This document shows positions 37,021 to 51,068 of a stretch of DNA of 64,000 nucleotides, one piece after another. This DNA is from Octopus sinensis (lineage: Eukaryota). Made by a program: the position numbers and the translations under genes. The stretch spans positions 1,550,001-1,614,000 of the forward strand of contig NC_043013.1 in NCBI RefSeq assembly GCF_006345805.1, given 5' to 3'. The notes below the pieces were generated by a model. The model did no database searches and was not told where the DNA came from. It saw only the letters and a list, made by a program, of their open reading frames with translations. Positions within the stretch are counted from its first letter, which is position 1. Each line of letters starts with the position of its first letter.

Positions 37021-38337
37021 TTTTTCTTCCTTCAAATTTGCTTCCATTTCTTGCCGAGTGTCTTCCCGACTCCTAGGGCAAAGAAACTCATAGTATACAT
37101 TGGTAGGCCATTAAACCAAACTCAATAGTTCTTTCATTTTTTTTTTTTTTTTAAGTTAAATTAAAATACATGAGCAGCAACAGTTCTCACATCGACAATG
37201 CTCTTCTCAATACGTGTGATGTACCAGTTAAGAGAATCTTTTGCACTTCTTGCAGGGATGGGAAGGCAGGGATCTTTCTCATATAATTTTCGGTTCCCTT
37301 CTTGATCATTCCTAGTGCTCCTACGATCACTGGTATTGTAACCGCCTTGAGATGCCACATTTTCTCAATTTCAATGAGTAGGTCTTTATATTTTCTGAGC
37401 TTGTCAAACTCTTTCGCTGAGATATTATGATCACAGGGGATGCTCATGTCGATCAATAAGCAAACTTTATTGTTTTGGTCTTTCACAACAATATCTGGTT
37501 TATTGGCCTTGATGGTTCGGTCTGTATGTACTGGAAAGTCCCACAGAATGGTTACATTTTCTCCTTCAGTTATAGCCTCAGGGTGGTGATTATACCGCTT
37601 GTCGGCAGTTTTGATATTGTAATGCCGACTTATTAGCCAGTGTAGATATTGGCCAACTCTGACATGTCTTAATTTATACTCCACTGGTGCTAAGACTTTA
37701 CATCCAGAGATTAGGTGGTCCACTGTTTCAATCATGTCGTTGCAGAATCGGCATTTTGGGTCTGCTCCATTTTTCATCACATTGGCCTGGTAGTTCCGGG
37801 TTAATAGGCTTTGATCTTGAGCAGCCAGGATGAAACATTCGCTCTCTGCTTTTAGCCCTGAGCTCCGTAGCCACTGATGAGTTTGCTTCTGGTCAACATC
37901 AGCTTGTTTGCTGCGGGCCACATATTTGCCGTGCAGAGGTTTCTCCTCCCACCTATCAGCCAATTGCTCGTGCGCTTTTTTCATTGCCATTATTTTTACC
38001 TTCTTTGCAACAATAGTTGCCGTACTTCCTTCGGGTTGTTCAGTTTGGGTATCCTGCACGAGATCAATAGCAATTTTTTTGCTTTCCTTTATGATAGAAT
38101 GAAGCTTCTTTCGTCTCTCGTGATTTTCCACGAGCTTTAGCATCCAGTCATTCGTTATTTCGAGATATTTGGCCAGTCCAATTGTGGTTGTTTTGTAAGC
38201 TAGTTCAAATTGGATCAGGCCTCGACCTCCTTGGGCTCTGGGAAGGTAAAGGCAATCTACGTCTGCCTTTGGGTGGTGCATCCTATTACAACTCAGCAGC
38301 TTGCGTATTTTCTTATCTATATTATTTACTTCACTCA

Positions 38338-38340
<3 letters not shown>
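37020..38340 (-). mobile_element. 5-prime-truncated R4/Dong-like LINE (type 1); C-terminal ORF open to the stop at 37187
   Basis: CRFCNDMIETVDHLISGC knuckle; TILWDF..KPDIV..IDMSIP..KLRKY PD-(D/E)xK endonuclease; (AAT)n at both ends. Confidence 0.9.
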
Positions 38341-38380
<40 letters not shown>

Positions 38381-38399
38381 GTTGTTGTTATTATTATTA

Positions 38400-38712
38400 T
38401 ATGTTTGGCTTTCGCTTTGTATTTGTATTTGTACAACTTGACTCCAAGTCTCACCCAGAGACCTCAAGAGACAACGAGTTTGAAGTTCATGTTGGTATTA
38501 TGCCTAGGGTGTCATGTATTTGGCTTTGCAAATAGTATAGTTCTAGAGAATGTTTAAGAAAACAAGAAAATTATAAGTTTGTTTTAAAATTTGAGATTAA
38601 ATAGATAGTATTTTACGTAGGATAGGGGGCAGTTCCCATGAGCATTATCTTTTGAATTTCTGCCATTTTGAGGTTTCCTGTTATCTCAGCTAGGTAGGAA
38701 TCAGCCCGTTTT
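38400..38712 (-). mobile_element. 3-prime end of R4/Dong-like LINE type 2
   Basis: EIQKIMLMGTA; UTR homologous to 20843-21083. Confidence 0.75.
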
Positions 38713-38732
38713 GCTATTATTATTATTATTAT

Positions 38733-39642
38733 TACTATTTTTTCTTCTTTCAAATTTGCTTCCATTTCTTGCCGAGTGTCTTCCCGACTCCTAGGGCAAA
38801 GAAACTCATAATATACATTGGTAGGCCATTAAACCAAACTCAATAGTTCGTTCATTTTTTTTTTTTTAAGTTAAATTAAAATACATGAGCAGCAACAGTT
38901 CTCACATCGACAATGCTCTTCTCAATACGTGTGATGTACCAGTTAAGACAATCTTTTGCATTTCTTGCAGGGATGGTAAGCCAGGGATCATTCTCATATA
39001 ATTTTCGGTTCCCTTCTTGATCATTCCTAGTGCTCCTACGATCACTGGTATTGTAACCGCCTTGAGATGCCACATTTTCTCAATTTCAATGAGTAGGTCT
39101 TTATATTTTCTGAGCTTGTCAAACTCTTTCGCTGAGATATTATGATCACAGGGGATGCTCATGTCGATCAATAAGCAAACTTTATTGTTTTGGTCTTTCA
39201 CAACAATATCTGGTTTATTGGCCTTGATGGTTCGGTCTGTATGTACTGGAAAGTCCCACAGAATGGTTACATTTTCTCCTTCAGTTACAGCCTCAGGGTG
39301 GTGATTATACCACTTGTCGGCAGTTTTGATATTGTAATGCCGACTTATTAGCCAGTGTAGATATTGGCCAACTCTGTCATGTCTTAATTTATACTCCACT
39401 GGTGCTAAGACTTTACATCCAGAGATTAGGAGGTCCACTGTTTCAATCATGTCATTGCAGAATCGGTATTTTGGGTCTGCTCCATTTTTCACCACATTGG
39501 CCTGGTAATTCCGGGTTAATAGGCTTTGATCTTGAGCAGCCAGGATGAAACCTTCGCTCTCTGCTTTTAGCCCTGAGCTCCGTAGCCACTGATGGGTTTG
39601 CTTCTGGTCAACATCAGCTTGTTTGCTGCGGGTCACATATTT
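38733..39642 (-). mobile_element. Second 5-prime-truncated copy of R4/Dong-like LINE type 1
   Basis: Protein nearly identical to the C-terminal part of the 37187 ORF; (AAT)n flanks. Confidence 0.9.
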
Positions 39643-39655
39643 ATTATTATTATCA

Positions 39656-39729
<74 letters not shown>

Positions 39730-39732
39730 GTG

Positions 39733-39950
39733 AAGCGGCGAGCTGGCAGAATTGTTAGCACGCCGGGTGAAATGCTTAGCGGTGCCTGGTCTGCCGCTAC
39801 TTTCTGAGTTCAAATTCCACGGAGGTCGACATTGCTTTTCCTCCTTTCGGGGGTTCGATAAAATTAGTACCAGTTACGCACTGGGGTCGATGTAACCGAC
39901 TTAATCTCTTCCCCCAAATTAGAGGCCTTGTGCTTCTAGTGGAAAGGATT
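39733..39950 (+). mobile_element. SINE family C, monomer
   Basis: GGCGAGCTGGCAGAAT head and central domain; further copies at 44556-44755 (+) and 56961-57189 (-). Confidence 0.8.
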
Positions 39951-39997
39951 ATTATTATTGTTGCTGTTGTTATCGCTGCTGTTGATAATGTTTGGCA

Positions 39998-40382
39998 GGA
40001 GGTGCAATGGCCCAGTGGTTAGGGCAGCGGACTCGCGGTCATAGGATCGTGGTTTCGATTCCTAGACCGGGCGTTGTGAGTGTTTATTGAGCGAAAACAC
40101 CTAAAGCTCGACGAGGCTCCAGCAGGGGATGGTGGTGATCCCTGCTATACTCTTTCACCACAACTTTCTCTCACTCTTACTTCCTGTTTCTGTTGTACCT
40201 GTATTTCAAAGGGCCGGCCTTGTCACTATCTGTGTCACGCTGAATATCCCCGAGAACTACGTTAAGGGTACACGTGTCTGTGGAGTGCTCAGCCACTTAC
40301 ACGTTAATTTCACGAGCAGGCTGTTCCGTTGATCGGATCAACCGGAACCCTCGTCGTCGTAACCGATGGAGTGCTTCCACCA
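39998..40382 (+). mobile_element. SINE family B head with tail type 2
   Basis: TGGCCCAGTGG and GTTTCGATTCC boxes; body differs from the 7430 copy after CTCTTTCACCACAAC...CTCACTCT. Confidence 0.75.
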
Positions 40383-40459
40383 ATGTTTGGCAGTCTTATT
40401 TTACTACACAATCAGGCGCGACCTTACAACCTTGTGGTTGTGTTATGCTTTAGTCTTGC

Positions 40460-43400
40460 ATTTTCAATTGCATCGTTGTTCTACTTAAGATGTAAGGTAC
40501 CTAGTAATGTTATTCAAAAGTTCTCCATTTTGATTATATATTTGTCTGAGTTTTAGTTTATAATTCCTAAACACGACTATTATTATTGGGGCTGTTTCTG
40601 TTCTTCGGCCCACGTTTGGTTTATCTGTTTCTGTAGATCTTGGTATTTGAATAATTTCCCCACCTCTTTGACACATACATTATCGACAATTGAAAATAGT
40701 ACATCTAATATGAAGCAGTTCTCTTCTGGGGGTGGGACATTCGCCATAATATCCGGAAGATTAGCTTTGCACGCCCTGTCTGCTTGGATTGGCCTATCGC
40801 AGAGTATGGTCACTTCCATCCTTCTGTGATAACTTTCAAACGTATATGCTTATACCACTTTCATTCTGTTCTTATTTCATGAATATGTTATAACGCCTCT
40901 GGTATGAGAGCCCCAACACCTCTACGTCTGTAGATGTATTTATTTCTCAGTTACGACTGGGCAACTACAGAAAATATTGTTAAATGTTTCTTCCTCGTTA
41001 AATGTTTCTTCACATATTCTGAAGTAATTTAATGTATTCCACTTTGCTACAGACATTTGGTGATTTTTCGGTGGTCAAGCTTTAATCCTGTGTCACAGTC
41101 AAGAATCCGCCAGGCTTGAGTATTATACTTCTAAGCGAGTTCTGTGAATTTTAATTGTCTATCTCCACTCTTTTGGTTTTACAAGTATTTTTTGAAAAAG
41201 ACTAAACCGGCCATTCTTTTGTTGTTCCTTCTTTCTTTTTATAAATATCAGGAATTTCAGTCTTCGCTTTGTATTTGTTGGCTTTCTTGAAGACAAAATA
41301 GTTTTCCGTTTTGAGTATGTTTTGTGGCTATTTGTATTTCCGTTGTTCTTTACTGAATAATTTCATATGCCTTTCTTGTTCCATACAAAACTGACCTCCC
41401 AATATTCGTGGTAAAACTAATCTTTCTATGTCAGATTTTAGTTTTAAAATGCTGTCCTTTGTATCTGCAGACTCGTTTGCTTGTTATTGATCCCATCTTA
41501 TTTACGGTTAATATTTGCAAACTCGACATGTGACGAAGTCTGTAAAAATCCTTCATCGAATCAATACCTGTCATATTCGTCTGCTTCGGTTCTTTTCAAA
41601 GAGACTTTTGTTGTAGGTAGGCAAGTAAGTTGTGGCCTGTAGATTTTGTGCTTTGCAATTTCTCTAGTCTTTGAACTTAAGATTATTTTTCTTCCATGAG
41701 ATCAAGTCAGTAACAGCACTTTCGGTATTTCATACATCACTGCGATTACCCTTACGTATCTTAGTTAACTGCTTTAACCATTTGTTTCGGTTCTCCTTGT
41801 TCCTTTCGTCATATCCTAGTATCTTCCAGAAATTTCTCCAGTGCAGCGTCTGGGCAACTTCCTGTGTTTTTATAGCTTCTATAAAATTGTGTGTTGTTCT
41901 TTGACTGGGATAAAAAAAATAAACGGCATTGAGTTGTATTATAGTATCGAGTGATAGTCATGTATAACATAGAATGAGTTCCTGGCGGTGTATGGCAAAT
42001 ATTACCGTATTTGGTGTCGATATGTAAGAGTTAGTTTTATTTCGTTTGAAGATAATTTTGTATGATTTGTGTGAGTTGTATATTTTATAGGGTGATGAAG
42101 ATGATTGTATATAATTGTATAGAAAGCGCCTTGCATAGAATGTGAGCTGTGGCTAGCAAAGATATATTTTGTGGGGTGTTAGGATTAGAGTAGGTTTCTA
42201 TGTTTTTCTTCATGTTCTCGTATTGTTTTTATTTCCATTTCTTGTTCATTTTACTCTGATAGTCTTGTATTCTCTACATCATTGTGGACGACATTTTAAT
42301 AAAAAAAAAATTGAGATTTCCTTTCCAGTACTAAATAATTACAATTGAGTGGTACATTTTGATAGTCTTCTCTGCTTGGACAGCCATTTCCCACATTTTA
42401 ATGACCAGATAATTACATTATATTATGCTTGCTATGTTGTCATGTCTTGCTTTTGTTTTCCCATGCGTCAGCATGTTCCTAATCGACATAACTACCGGTT
42501 CCTTCGTGCTTATGTGCTTACTTTAAAGCTACAAGGACTGGGGTGTCAGAAATGATGTAGCCAATTGTCCTAAGGTACTGATTACATTGTGAGCAGGTCA
42601 TGTTAGTCTCTGGAGTAAAGATTGTTTGCCAACATAACATGGCAATCCTGGTTTAGGACGAATGTTGCTGTAATTTAGCCCCAGGAAATATCGTCTCCAA
42701 CTAGCTATGCTGGAAATCGCGATACACAGATATTGTTTTGAGCTGAGTGTGGGAGCTAGATTCCCTTGTTTGAAAATATAAGGACACAGATCGTGTCGTA
42801 TAGCCAGCTGTAGACAATGTCTCCTGGGGCTAAATTACAGCAACATTCGTCCTAAACCAGGACTGCTATGTTATATTGGCAAAATCTTTACTCCAAAGTA
42901 CTGTTGCTGAATATCTCTCGTTGTGAGATTTAAAAATAATAATTCTTAAATGTTAGTCTCTATTTTAATATTTTTGTGGTTAGGCATTGATCCTGTACAG
43001 TTAATATAAGATCATCAGATTTTCAGATTCCGCCAGGTTACATTTTACACCCGTTTACTCTACTCTGTCAAACAGGGTATTAGCAATGGCGAAGTTTTGT
43101 ATCACAATGTTTGTTTTGTATAGTTTAGAATAGCATTATGATTTAGTTTTTTTTTCTTTTTGTTCTTCGCTGTAGTTTGCTTCTAGTTTGAGCCTCGTTG
43201 TTTCCAAATGTATAGGCAAAATATTTGCTTACTTGTTTTTTAATTGAATAAATCAAATAGTCTTTTGCTTTCTGTTAAGTATTTGTCGTCGTCGTCGTCG
43301 TCGTCGTCGTCATCGTCATTGACGTTGTCGTCGTCGTCATCATCATCATCATCATCATCATTTATCTTTCATTTTCATAATAACCACAAGCCTTTCTACT

Positions 43401-45450
43401 ACAGGCACAAGTCCTGAATTTCTTGTAGCGATGGCGGATAGTCGTTACATCGACACCAGTGCTACATACTTTTATCGACCCGATACTGCCGTTGTTTTTG
43501 GCAGTTGCATGCTAATTTCTGCTACACTACCAGGCGCATCTCCGTGTTCTTTTGGTGTGCAAGCAGGTTTGCGTGTTTCAACCACAGACTAGTATTTCTA
43601 TATTCCATCAGTTTTGCTGTGCTTCTGGGTTTGGCCTGCTTCTGGTGCTTATTTAGTGTTTCTCCTGTTGTATGAAATATATTCGGTGTCAGATGGTGTT
43701 GGATATGTTTCCTGTGTGTTGTGTGATTGGTGCAATGTGTTTTACATAGCGCTAGTATCATATCATACGCGGTGTGTGCGTTTTCTAGCAACAACACAAT
43801 ACAACTGTGTACAAAGTGTGTCGTGTGAGGTGTTGATTTCATAGCATCAGACATCAGTTTTGTAGGAAACACCATATTTTGTGGGATGGTGAGGGTGTAT
43901 AGAATATGCTGGGTGTGGCTTGTGTTATTTTATAGGGTTTTGGTGTAGGATAAGAGTTGGGTGCCGCGAAGGCGCTGTTTGAGTTGTTTCATCGAATTGA
44001 AAGAATTTCGTGTAGAATGTTAACTGTTCAGCCACATTTTCGAATATGCGTAGGATCGCGAGTCTTGGTGTGACTCGTATGACTCATATCCTTTATTAAT
44101 ACCCAATGCTGTTTCGCTTCATGCCATACATCTTAATTATTTCAGTTTTCAAGTTTCGTACATTTTAGTAATTTATTCCACTTCTTTTCATGTAATCTTT
44201 TGCGACTGTATTTTCTTTCTAGTCCTCGATTATTACACCTGGATGACTTACCTTCATATTGTCAGTTTGGATACCTGAGTCTCAGATAACTGCAGCAAGA
44301 TGCATTATGCTTGGCTTGTGTTTAACATTCGGTGTTCATTTTTCATATAGAAATGTTGGTAAATGGCTCATCGGACAAATTTGATCGTGTCCTTGTGCAT
44401 ATTCGGATTTGGTAAGGATTAGGAACTGCAAAAGATGTTGTCAACCGCATCACTCTAGTCTACACCTGATGCGACCACCTTCTTTTATTATTTTAGTTTT
44501 GTAAATGTTTGCGGTTCGGCATTAGTTTTGCGCAGCTAATATTACACCTGTTCCCAGGGCGGCGAGCGGGCAGAATCATTGGCACGTCGGGCAAAATACC
44601 TAGCGGCATTTCGTCCGTCTTAAAAAGCTGAGTTCAAATTCCGCAGACGTTGACGTTGCCTTTCATCTTTTCAGATTTAATGAAATAAGTAGCCGTTGAA
44701 CACTGAGGCCGATGTAATCCTCCGAAATTGCTGGCCTTGTGCCAAAATTTGAAAAACAATATCCACACCAGTTCCTACTTTTAACCTACAACTTTTCAAC
44801 TGCTAAAAGTCTTCACCGGTTTACTATCAATCCGTCAAGTTTTGTAGGGTTTTGGCGATACAATAGTGTTCTCTCTATTTTTGCTTCAATAAATTTTGGA
44901 AATCTATTTTGATGTAATCTGGCTTTTTTTATGTTTCGCTTGTTTAGGCTTCACCTAAATTTATTAGTATAGCGTAGTGGGCTCGCTGTTTGTACTTTGT
45001 CGCTTGCTTATGTAGAGAGAAAAGAGCTTATCAGTCTCGTCTTCCCTTTTCTTCCTTCTAAGTATTATTCTATCTCTAATTTACGTATTAAATCCATTTA
45101 TAATATTCCGTGATATACCTATACACTTCATCTTTCATCAGTAGCCCACGGTTATGTTTTTTAGTTCAGTATCGTTATGAACTTCTGCAGCATCTCTTCC
45201 GCTCTTCTAGAAACAGATTTTTATTTAGTCTTTGCGATATTATTAAGGAAAGTAGGTTATAAGTCTAGATTTTAGGATTAAGATGATTTTTCTCTCAGTC
45301 ATGTATTCCTTCCAAAATTCTTCTAATTCTCTCATTCTTGGTGCTTCACTTGCTCTTGGTGCTTCTTTTGGTGTTGGTGCTGTTTTCTTTATCGGAAATT
45401 CTTGATAAAATCGTTTTGAGTTTCGAATTGTTTCCTTCGTTCAAAGAATA
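40460..45450 (-). mobile_element. Long, old, internally deleted R4/Dong-like LINE with younger insertions
   Basis: Endonuclease remnant VTILCDRPIQADR..NLPDI at 40583-40819 plus scattered LINE-like frames; strongly A-rich minus strand; upstream boundary uncertain. Confidence 0.5.
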
Positions 45451-47693
45451 CTTGCCATCTATCATACCGAAGGATTCTTTGAAATAAAACTTAGAATTTT
45501 TCTGCCAGTCAGTCTTCGAGGTGTTGTGTTACATTTCTATTTATGAATTGTCTTCCCTCCCCTCTCGCTTTCTATTTTTTTGAAAATTTTGATTTTTTTC
45601 CTCTTATTTTTGTTTTCTGAATATTTCTTCCATTATATTTGCTTCAGTTTTGCAATTCATTTACAAGATGTGACGGAGTTCACACTTTCCTTTGTAACTG
45701 CTGTAAGTTTGTACGAATGGCATCATTTCACTAAGCTTGAGGATATTGATATTTGTGTTTGTTTTAATCGAGTCTCAAACGGTCAGCTTTGCATTTTTTA
45801 GTTTATTTTTGACTTTCATTCTTGGAAAGTACCTTCGCTGGGTCATATGAATTGTTTATAATTCTTTAATTCTTCCCATATTTATATCAACACTCTTCCT
45901 CATATTCTCTCGTATAATATAATTCACTTGTTTCTGATCAGTTTTCTGCAAGGGTTCTGAGATTTGGTTTTGCCTTCTTTTGGTATTCAGTTGTCCGATT
46001 TGACTTCTTAGTTCTATTTTCATGGTTTACATTCTCGCTTTTATTATTTTTTTCGTCGTGTTCTGCGATGAATTCTTTCTTTTAACTATTCTATTAAAAC
46101 TTCTGATAGTTTCTCGTATTTTTTTAGTTTATGCAATCTGTCGATTTAAATCCGAATTATTTTCCTTACAAATTTTAAATGTGTATATTGTAGCTTCGTT
46201 TTTTAGGGAAAATACCACCAGAAAATATAGAATATGTAGAATAGAAACATATTCCTCTAGTCTCCACTTATATCTTTTCTGTGTGATTTGCAAAACATGA
46301 GAAACAGAGCCCAGGCCATTATTTAGGCCCTCATTTTTGTCGAGTGCTAGATTGCTTGCTTCCGTTGCATCAAGTTTTGAACGTTTCATAGTTTTGGTAC
46401 TTTTTTGGTATTAGCCCCAAAGTTTAAAGGATTTTTTTTTTTAGTTTTGTTGAGTTACTATTTTGTTTGTGGTGGATGTGGAGGTGATACGAAACTTACT
46501 CCGGTTGTTTAATGGTATCTTTGAATTGTTTATATTTGTATATAATATACATTTATAAATTTATTTGTTATGTATTGATATTAACTACTTGATTGATTTG
46601 GTGAGAGTGTTATTGAAGAACGATATTCTAAGGTTAACGTTCTTGCACCAAGAAATTGCCCATATTGCACTCCAAAGAAGGAGGAATCCGGAAACTTTGA
46701 AACTTCGAATCACCAATGACTAGTGGTTATAAAGCAAAAATATGAGAACTGTAATGTCTCGCAGATTCAACAAGAAGCATTTCTTTTACTCCTTCAAGCT
46801 GATTATTGGTCGCCTGAGTGATGCTTAAAGGCAAAAAAATTTGCTCAAAGATGATGCTGATTTTAACAGCTGAGTTATCTTCTGAGCTGCCTGTTATTGA
46901 TTCGTAAATTAATAGTTTGGTACATCACCTGGTACCTCACATATCGGTAAACAATTTATCCTCCTTTTTGGACCGAGAGATTCCACGAAGCCAATAAAAA
47001 GAGAGCACTTGCTGAAGTCTGTAGTCTTAGTGAAGAATCGGTATCTGGAAAGAGAAGGAAGTGCCATCTGGACCACGTAATGCAATGATATCGTAAAACA
47101 TGAGATAAATACTAGAGAATCATAGAAACATATGTCAGCCATATTGGCAAATGGCTTTATTATCGAGTAATTTCAAAAGAGAATACCTTCAAGCTATGGC
47201 TTCCATTCAAGAGGAAGTATCGTACATATAATCATCATATTTTCAATATCAAAAGAAATTTACATAGTTTTTATTCGAAGATATAATTAAACGTAAGATC
47301 TATGGAGCACTGGAATTAAATACGCGAAAAGCGGGCAAACAACAGGAAAATGAACGCATTATCAGCTAGACTCAACACTGAGAAACAAGGAAACAACGAA
47401 GATATTTTCATTAAGGCCATTACCATCTCCACTTTGGCAATACAACAAGTTTATATAGAAAATTTGTTACAAGTGCTTTTTTGAGATGGTTGACTACGTC
47501 TAATGTTTGAAATATTTCCTATATATTTTAGAAAAAAAAATATCGGTTTTACTTCAGAAACTCTAATTACAGCAAGCTGATAATCTAAAAACGCATTAAC
47601 AGATGTTACGATGCCGTAACCAGGAATGCTGCAAAACCGAATCCAAAGCCCCGGGCTTAAATGACGCGTTGATGCTGCTACTGCTGCTGCTGT

Positions 47694-47734
<41 letters not shown>

Positions 47735-47809
47735 TTACTACTACTATTATTACTACTACTACTACTACTACTATACACGCAAACAATATAATCAAGCATT
47801 AATATTTAT

Positions 47810-47831
47810 AAACAGACACATATATACATAT

Positions 47832-47878
<47 letters not shown>

Positions 47879-47923
47879 ATATACACATACGTATATATAT
47901 ACATATATATACATGTATATATA

Positions 47924-47963
<40 letters not shown>

Positions 47964-48130
47964 CGTATATATATACATATATATACATGTATATATATGC
48001 ATATATATATATATATATACATATATACATATATATACACATATATATATACATATATATATACATATATATATATATACATGTATATATATACTTATAT
48101 GTACATATATATATAACTATATATACTATT
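47810..48130. repeat. (TA)n-derived compound microsatellite with an internal tandem duplication
   Basis: Direct inspection. Confidence 0.9.
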
Positions 48131-48239
48131 ATAACTATATATACTCTTTATTCTTTTACTCTTTTACTTGTTTCAGTAATTTGACTGTAGCCATGCTGGA
48201 GCACCGCCTAAGATACGGGTATTTTTACGAATTTATTTA

Positions 48240-48570
48240 AACTTTTTCGAGAAATATGCTTATCTAGCATTCACAGAAGTGTTATATCTTTTGGGGTAGT
48301 AATACATTCTAAATTGAATATTTGGTGAATAAGTTGCTTTTTGTCTTTTCAGAAGCTAGGATGTAATATGAGTATGAAAGTAAAAGTCTTCCACAATAAT
48401 TTAGACGACTTCTTTGCCGATTTAACGACTGTTAATGAAAAGAAAGGAAAACGTTTCCCCATAAGCATAAAAGCTATGGAAAAAATGATAGCAAGGATCG
48501 GTGGAATACAAATATGAGGATAGGTTATTCGTACCTAATACGAGAACAAAGGGAAGTAGTCAAATTCGAC
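48240..48570 (+). mobile_element. DNA-transposase relic (Chapaev3-like C-terminus, tentative)
   Basis: FQKLGCNMSMKV..H...D and a decayed ERFHQDIKxME-like region followed by WNTNM; family name recalled from memory of the motif. Confidence 0.4.
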
Positions 48571-49225
48571 AACCTAAGAAAACTGCTTCTTTTAGCAATG
48601 TACCTGGCGAACAACATTGGGACAACAATGTTGGCAAAAATGGCTAGATTCCCCCATAAAACAGCAAAAATCACTATATCAGTATCATATAATAAAACTG
48701 CATGAGCCGTTCTGCGATAAATAATAATAATGCACGCTAGTTTACCTTCCGATAAAGACTACGCCTGAAATAAAACATTTGATCCAACAGGTACATTGAA
48801 CGGAACTATGAAATCAGAAGGCATCGAAAATCTATATGATCTTGTGAGATTATAATCTTCAATGTACTTCATAAGAAATTTACTACTAGAGTATTAGGCA
48901 TTTACCAGATACAACGGATTGGCAGTGGCAAAAGGCACTAATGATCACGCTTTAAAATACTAAGAAAGGAGAACAGCTGCATGTTTGGACCCTTAAGTCT
49001 TGAAGTATCTATGGCTAAATTAATTAATTACAACGGCCCTTGTTGATGTTACATTAGAGCTTATATAAACCATTCGGAAACCCAATGAAAGAACTTTTTC
49101 TATTAAGAACCATACCATTCCTCCAATTTTTTAAAAACCTCTGCAACAACAGTAACAGAAGCATATCCAGTTTTATCAGCGAATTAGGAAATATTCGGAA
49201 ATGCAGCTCCTACTATAATAATACC

Positions 49226-49228
49226 ACC

Positions 49229-49323
<95 letters not shown>
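49226..49323. repeat. (CTGT)n microsatellite
   Basis: Direct inspection. Confidence 0.95.
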
Positions 49324-49324
<1 letters not shown>

Positions 49325-49561
49325 AGTGCCTCTACAGTGCCACCATGAGGAGGCACTGAAGAGGTTAAATTGTGCTGGATCTTGGGGCAGAAGTAGGTAA
49401 CAGAAAGAACATGTAGGAACATGTTCTGGCGTTTGGAGGAGGAACAGGTGGGATCCAGCTGTGAATGGCAATTCATCTATGAGATCATTCCGAACAAAAA
49501 TGACGGAATGGAATGGTATGCACACACGCACACACACACATATAAGGATATATAAAAGTAT

Positions 49562-49634
<73 letters not shown>

Positions 49635-49769
49635 TTTATTTAAAAGCAGCAGAAATATAACAAGAACTGTTACTCGGTTTATTGCTAGCCTCTTGATAAT
49701 ATTTTCACATCGATATTTTCTGTCGCATATTTTTTATTTTGAATTGCAAATTCTAATGTGATATTTGTA

Positions 49770-51068
49770 TTGGGTCGGCCACTAAGTTCTTGCGTTTTTT
49801 TTTTTTTTTTACATTTGGGAATTTATTGCGTTTTTAAATTTTGAAATCTATTTTTTTTCGAGAATTCTATTTTTGAATCATTTTGGAATCTATTTTGTTT
49901 TTTCTTTTTCCTAGTTAATTTTATTTAATTTTTCTTTATTTTCAGATCATTAAAATGGAATGTCAAGTTAAGAAAAACGAGCATTTTCGACACCTTGTTT
50001 TTGCTTTTAATCAAGGTTCTAAGCCTGTAAAAGCTGTTCGTGACATTTGTGCGGTATATGGAGAGAATGCCATACCTTAGAAAACCGCTCGTGATTGGTT
50101 GCCAAGTTCAAAGATGGGAATTTTAACCTTAAAAACGCAACTCGTTCTGGCCGTCCAGTTGAGTTCGACGAAGAGCGATCAAACCAACTTTTGCACGAAA
50201 ATTCTCGTTGAACAACAAGGGAACTGGCAGAGAAAATGGAATGCTCCTACACTGCTATAGAGAAGCATCTTCATTCGATAGGAAAGGTTCAAAAGTATGG
50301 AGCATGGGTTCCATATGCTTTAAGTGACAACAACAAAAATGAACGAGCGACAATCTCCGCTGGTTTGCTTGCTCGTCACCGCTCAACTCATGGACACAAG
50401 CAACGATTTCTTTACCGAATCGTTGCTGGCGACGAAGAATGGTGCCTGTACATCAATATGAAGCAGCGTAAGGAATGGCTTAGCCCCGGTAAACAAGCGA
50501 CACTGCGCGTGAAACAAGATCTTCATCCGCGTAAAAGATGTTGTGCGTATGGTGGGACTAGGAAGGGATTATCCATTACGATTTGCTTCAACGGAACCAA
50601 ACGGCCAACGCGGAACTCTATGTTCAACAGATGAACGACTCAACAAAGCTATTCAAGAGAAAAGACCTAATCGGCAACGTGGAGTTCTTCTTCTGCATGA
50701 CAACGCTCGCCTTCATATTGCCAATATGACCAAGGAAACCATTCAAACGCATGGCTGGGAAGTGCTGCCACACCCGCCGTACTCTCCTGATTTGGCACCA
50801 ACGGATTTCCACCTTTTCGATCTCTTCTAAATGCTATGCGCAGAGTTTCGTTCAATACTGATGCAGAATTGAGAGCTTGGTTGGATCAATTTTTCGAGTC
50901 GAAATCGAATGATTTCTACCAACGAGGTATTGAAAATCTTGTTGAACGTTGGGAAGAGGTTGTAAACAACAAGGATGAATACATTATTGATTAAATAGTT
51001 GTTATTTTTATGAAACATTCTAAAAAATTAAAATTTAAAAAACGGCGTGAATTTAGCTGCCAACCTAA
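49770..51068 (+). mobile_element. Full-length mariner, same family as 28214; transposase 49955-50994 disrupted
   Basis: TIRs with flanking TA; RIVAGDEEW, HDNARLH, YSPDLAPTDFHLF. Confidence 0.92.

Noticed and set aside
37187-39813. 426-aa and 303-aa ORFs with poly-Asn tracts
   Set aside because: The N-termini are read-through of (AAT)n and neighbouring elements into truncated LINE ORFs, not real poly-N proteins.
45500-46400. A-rich minus-strand frames possibly from a Penelope N-terminus or LINE 5-prime region
   Set aside because: Too decayed to assign; no diagnostic motif recognised.
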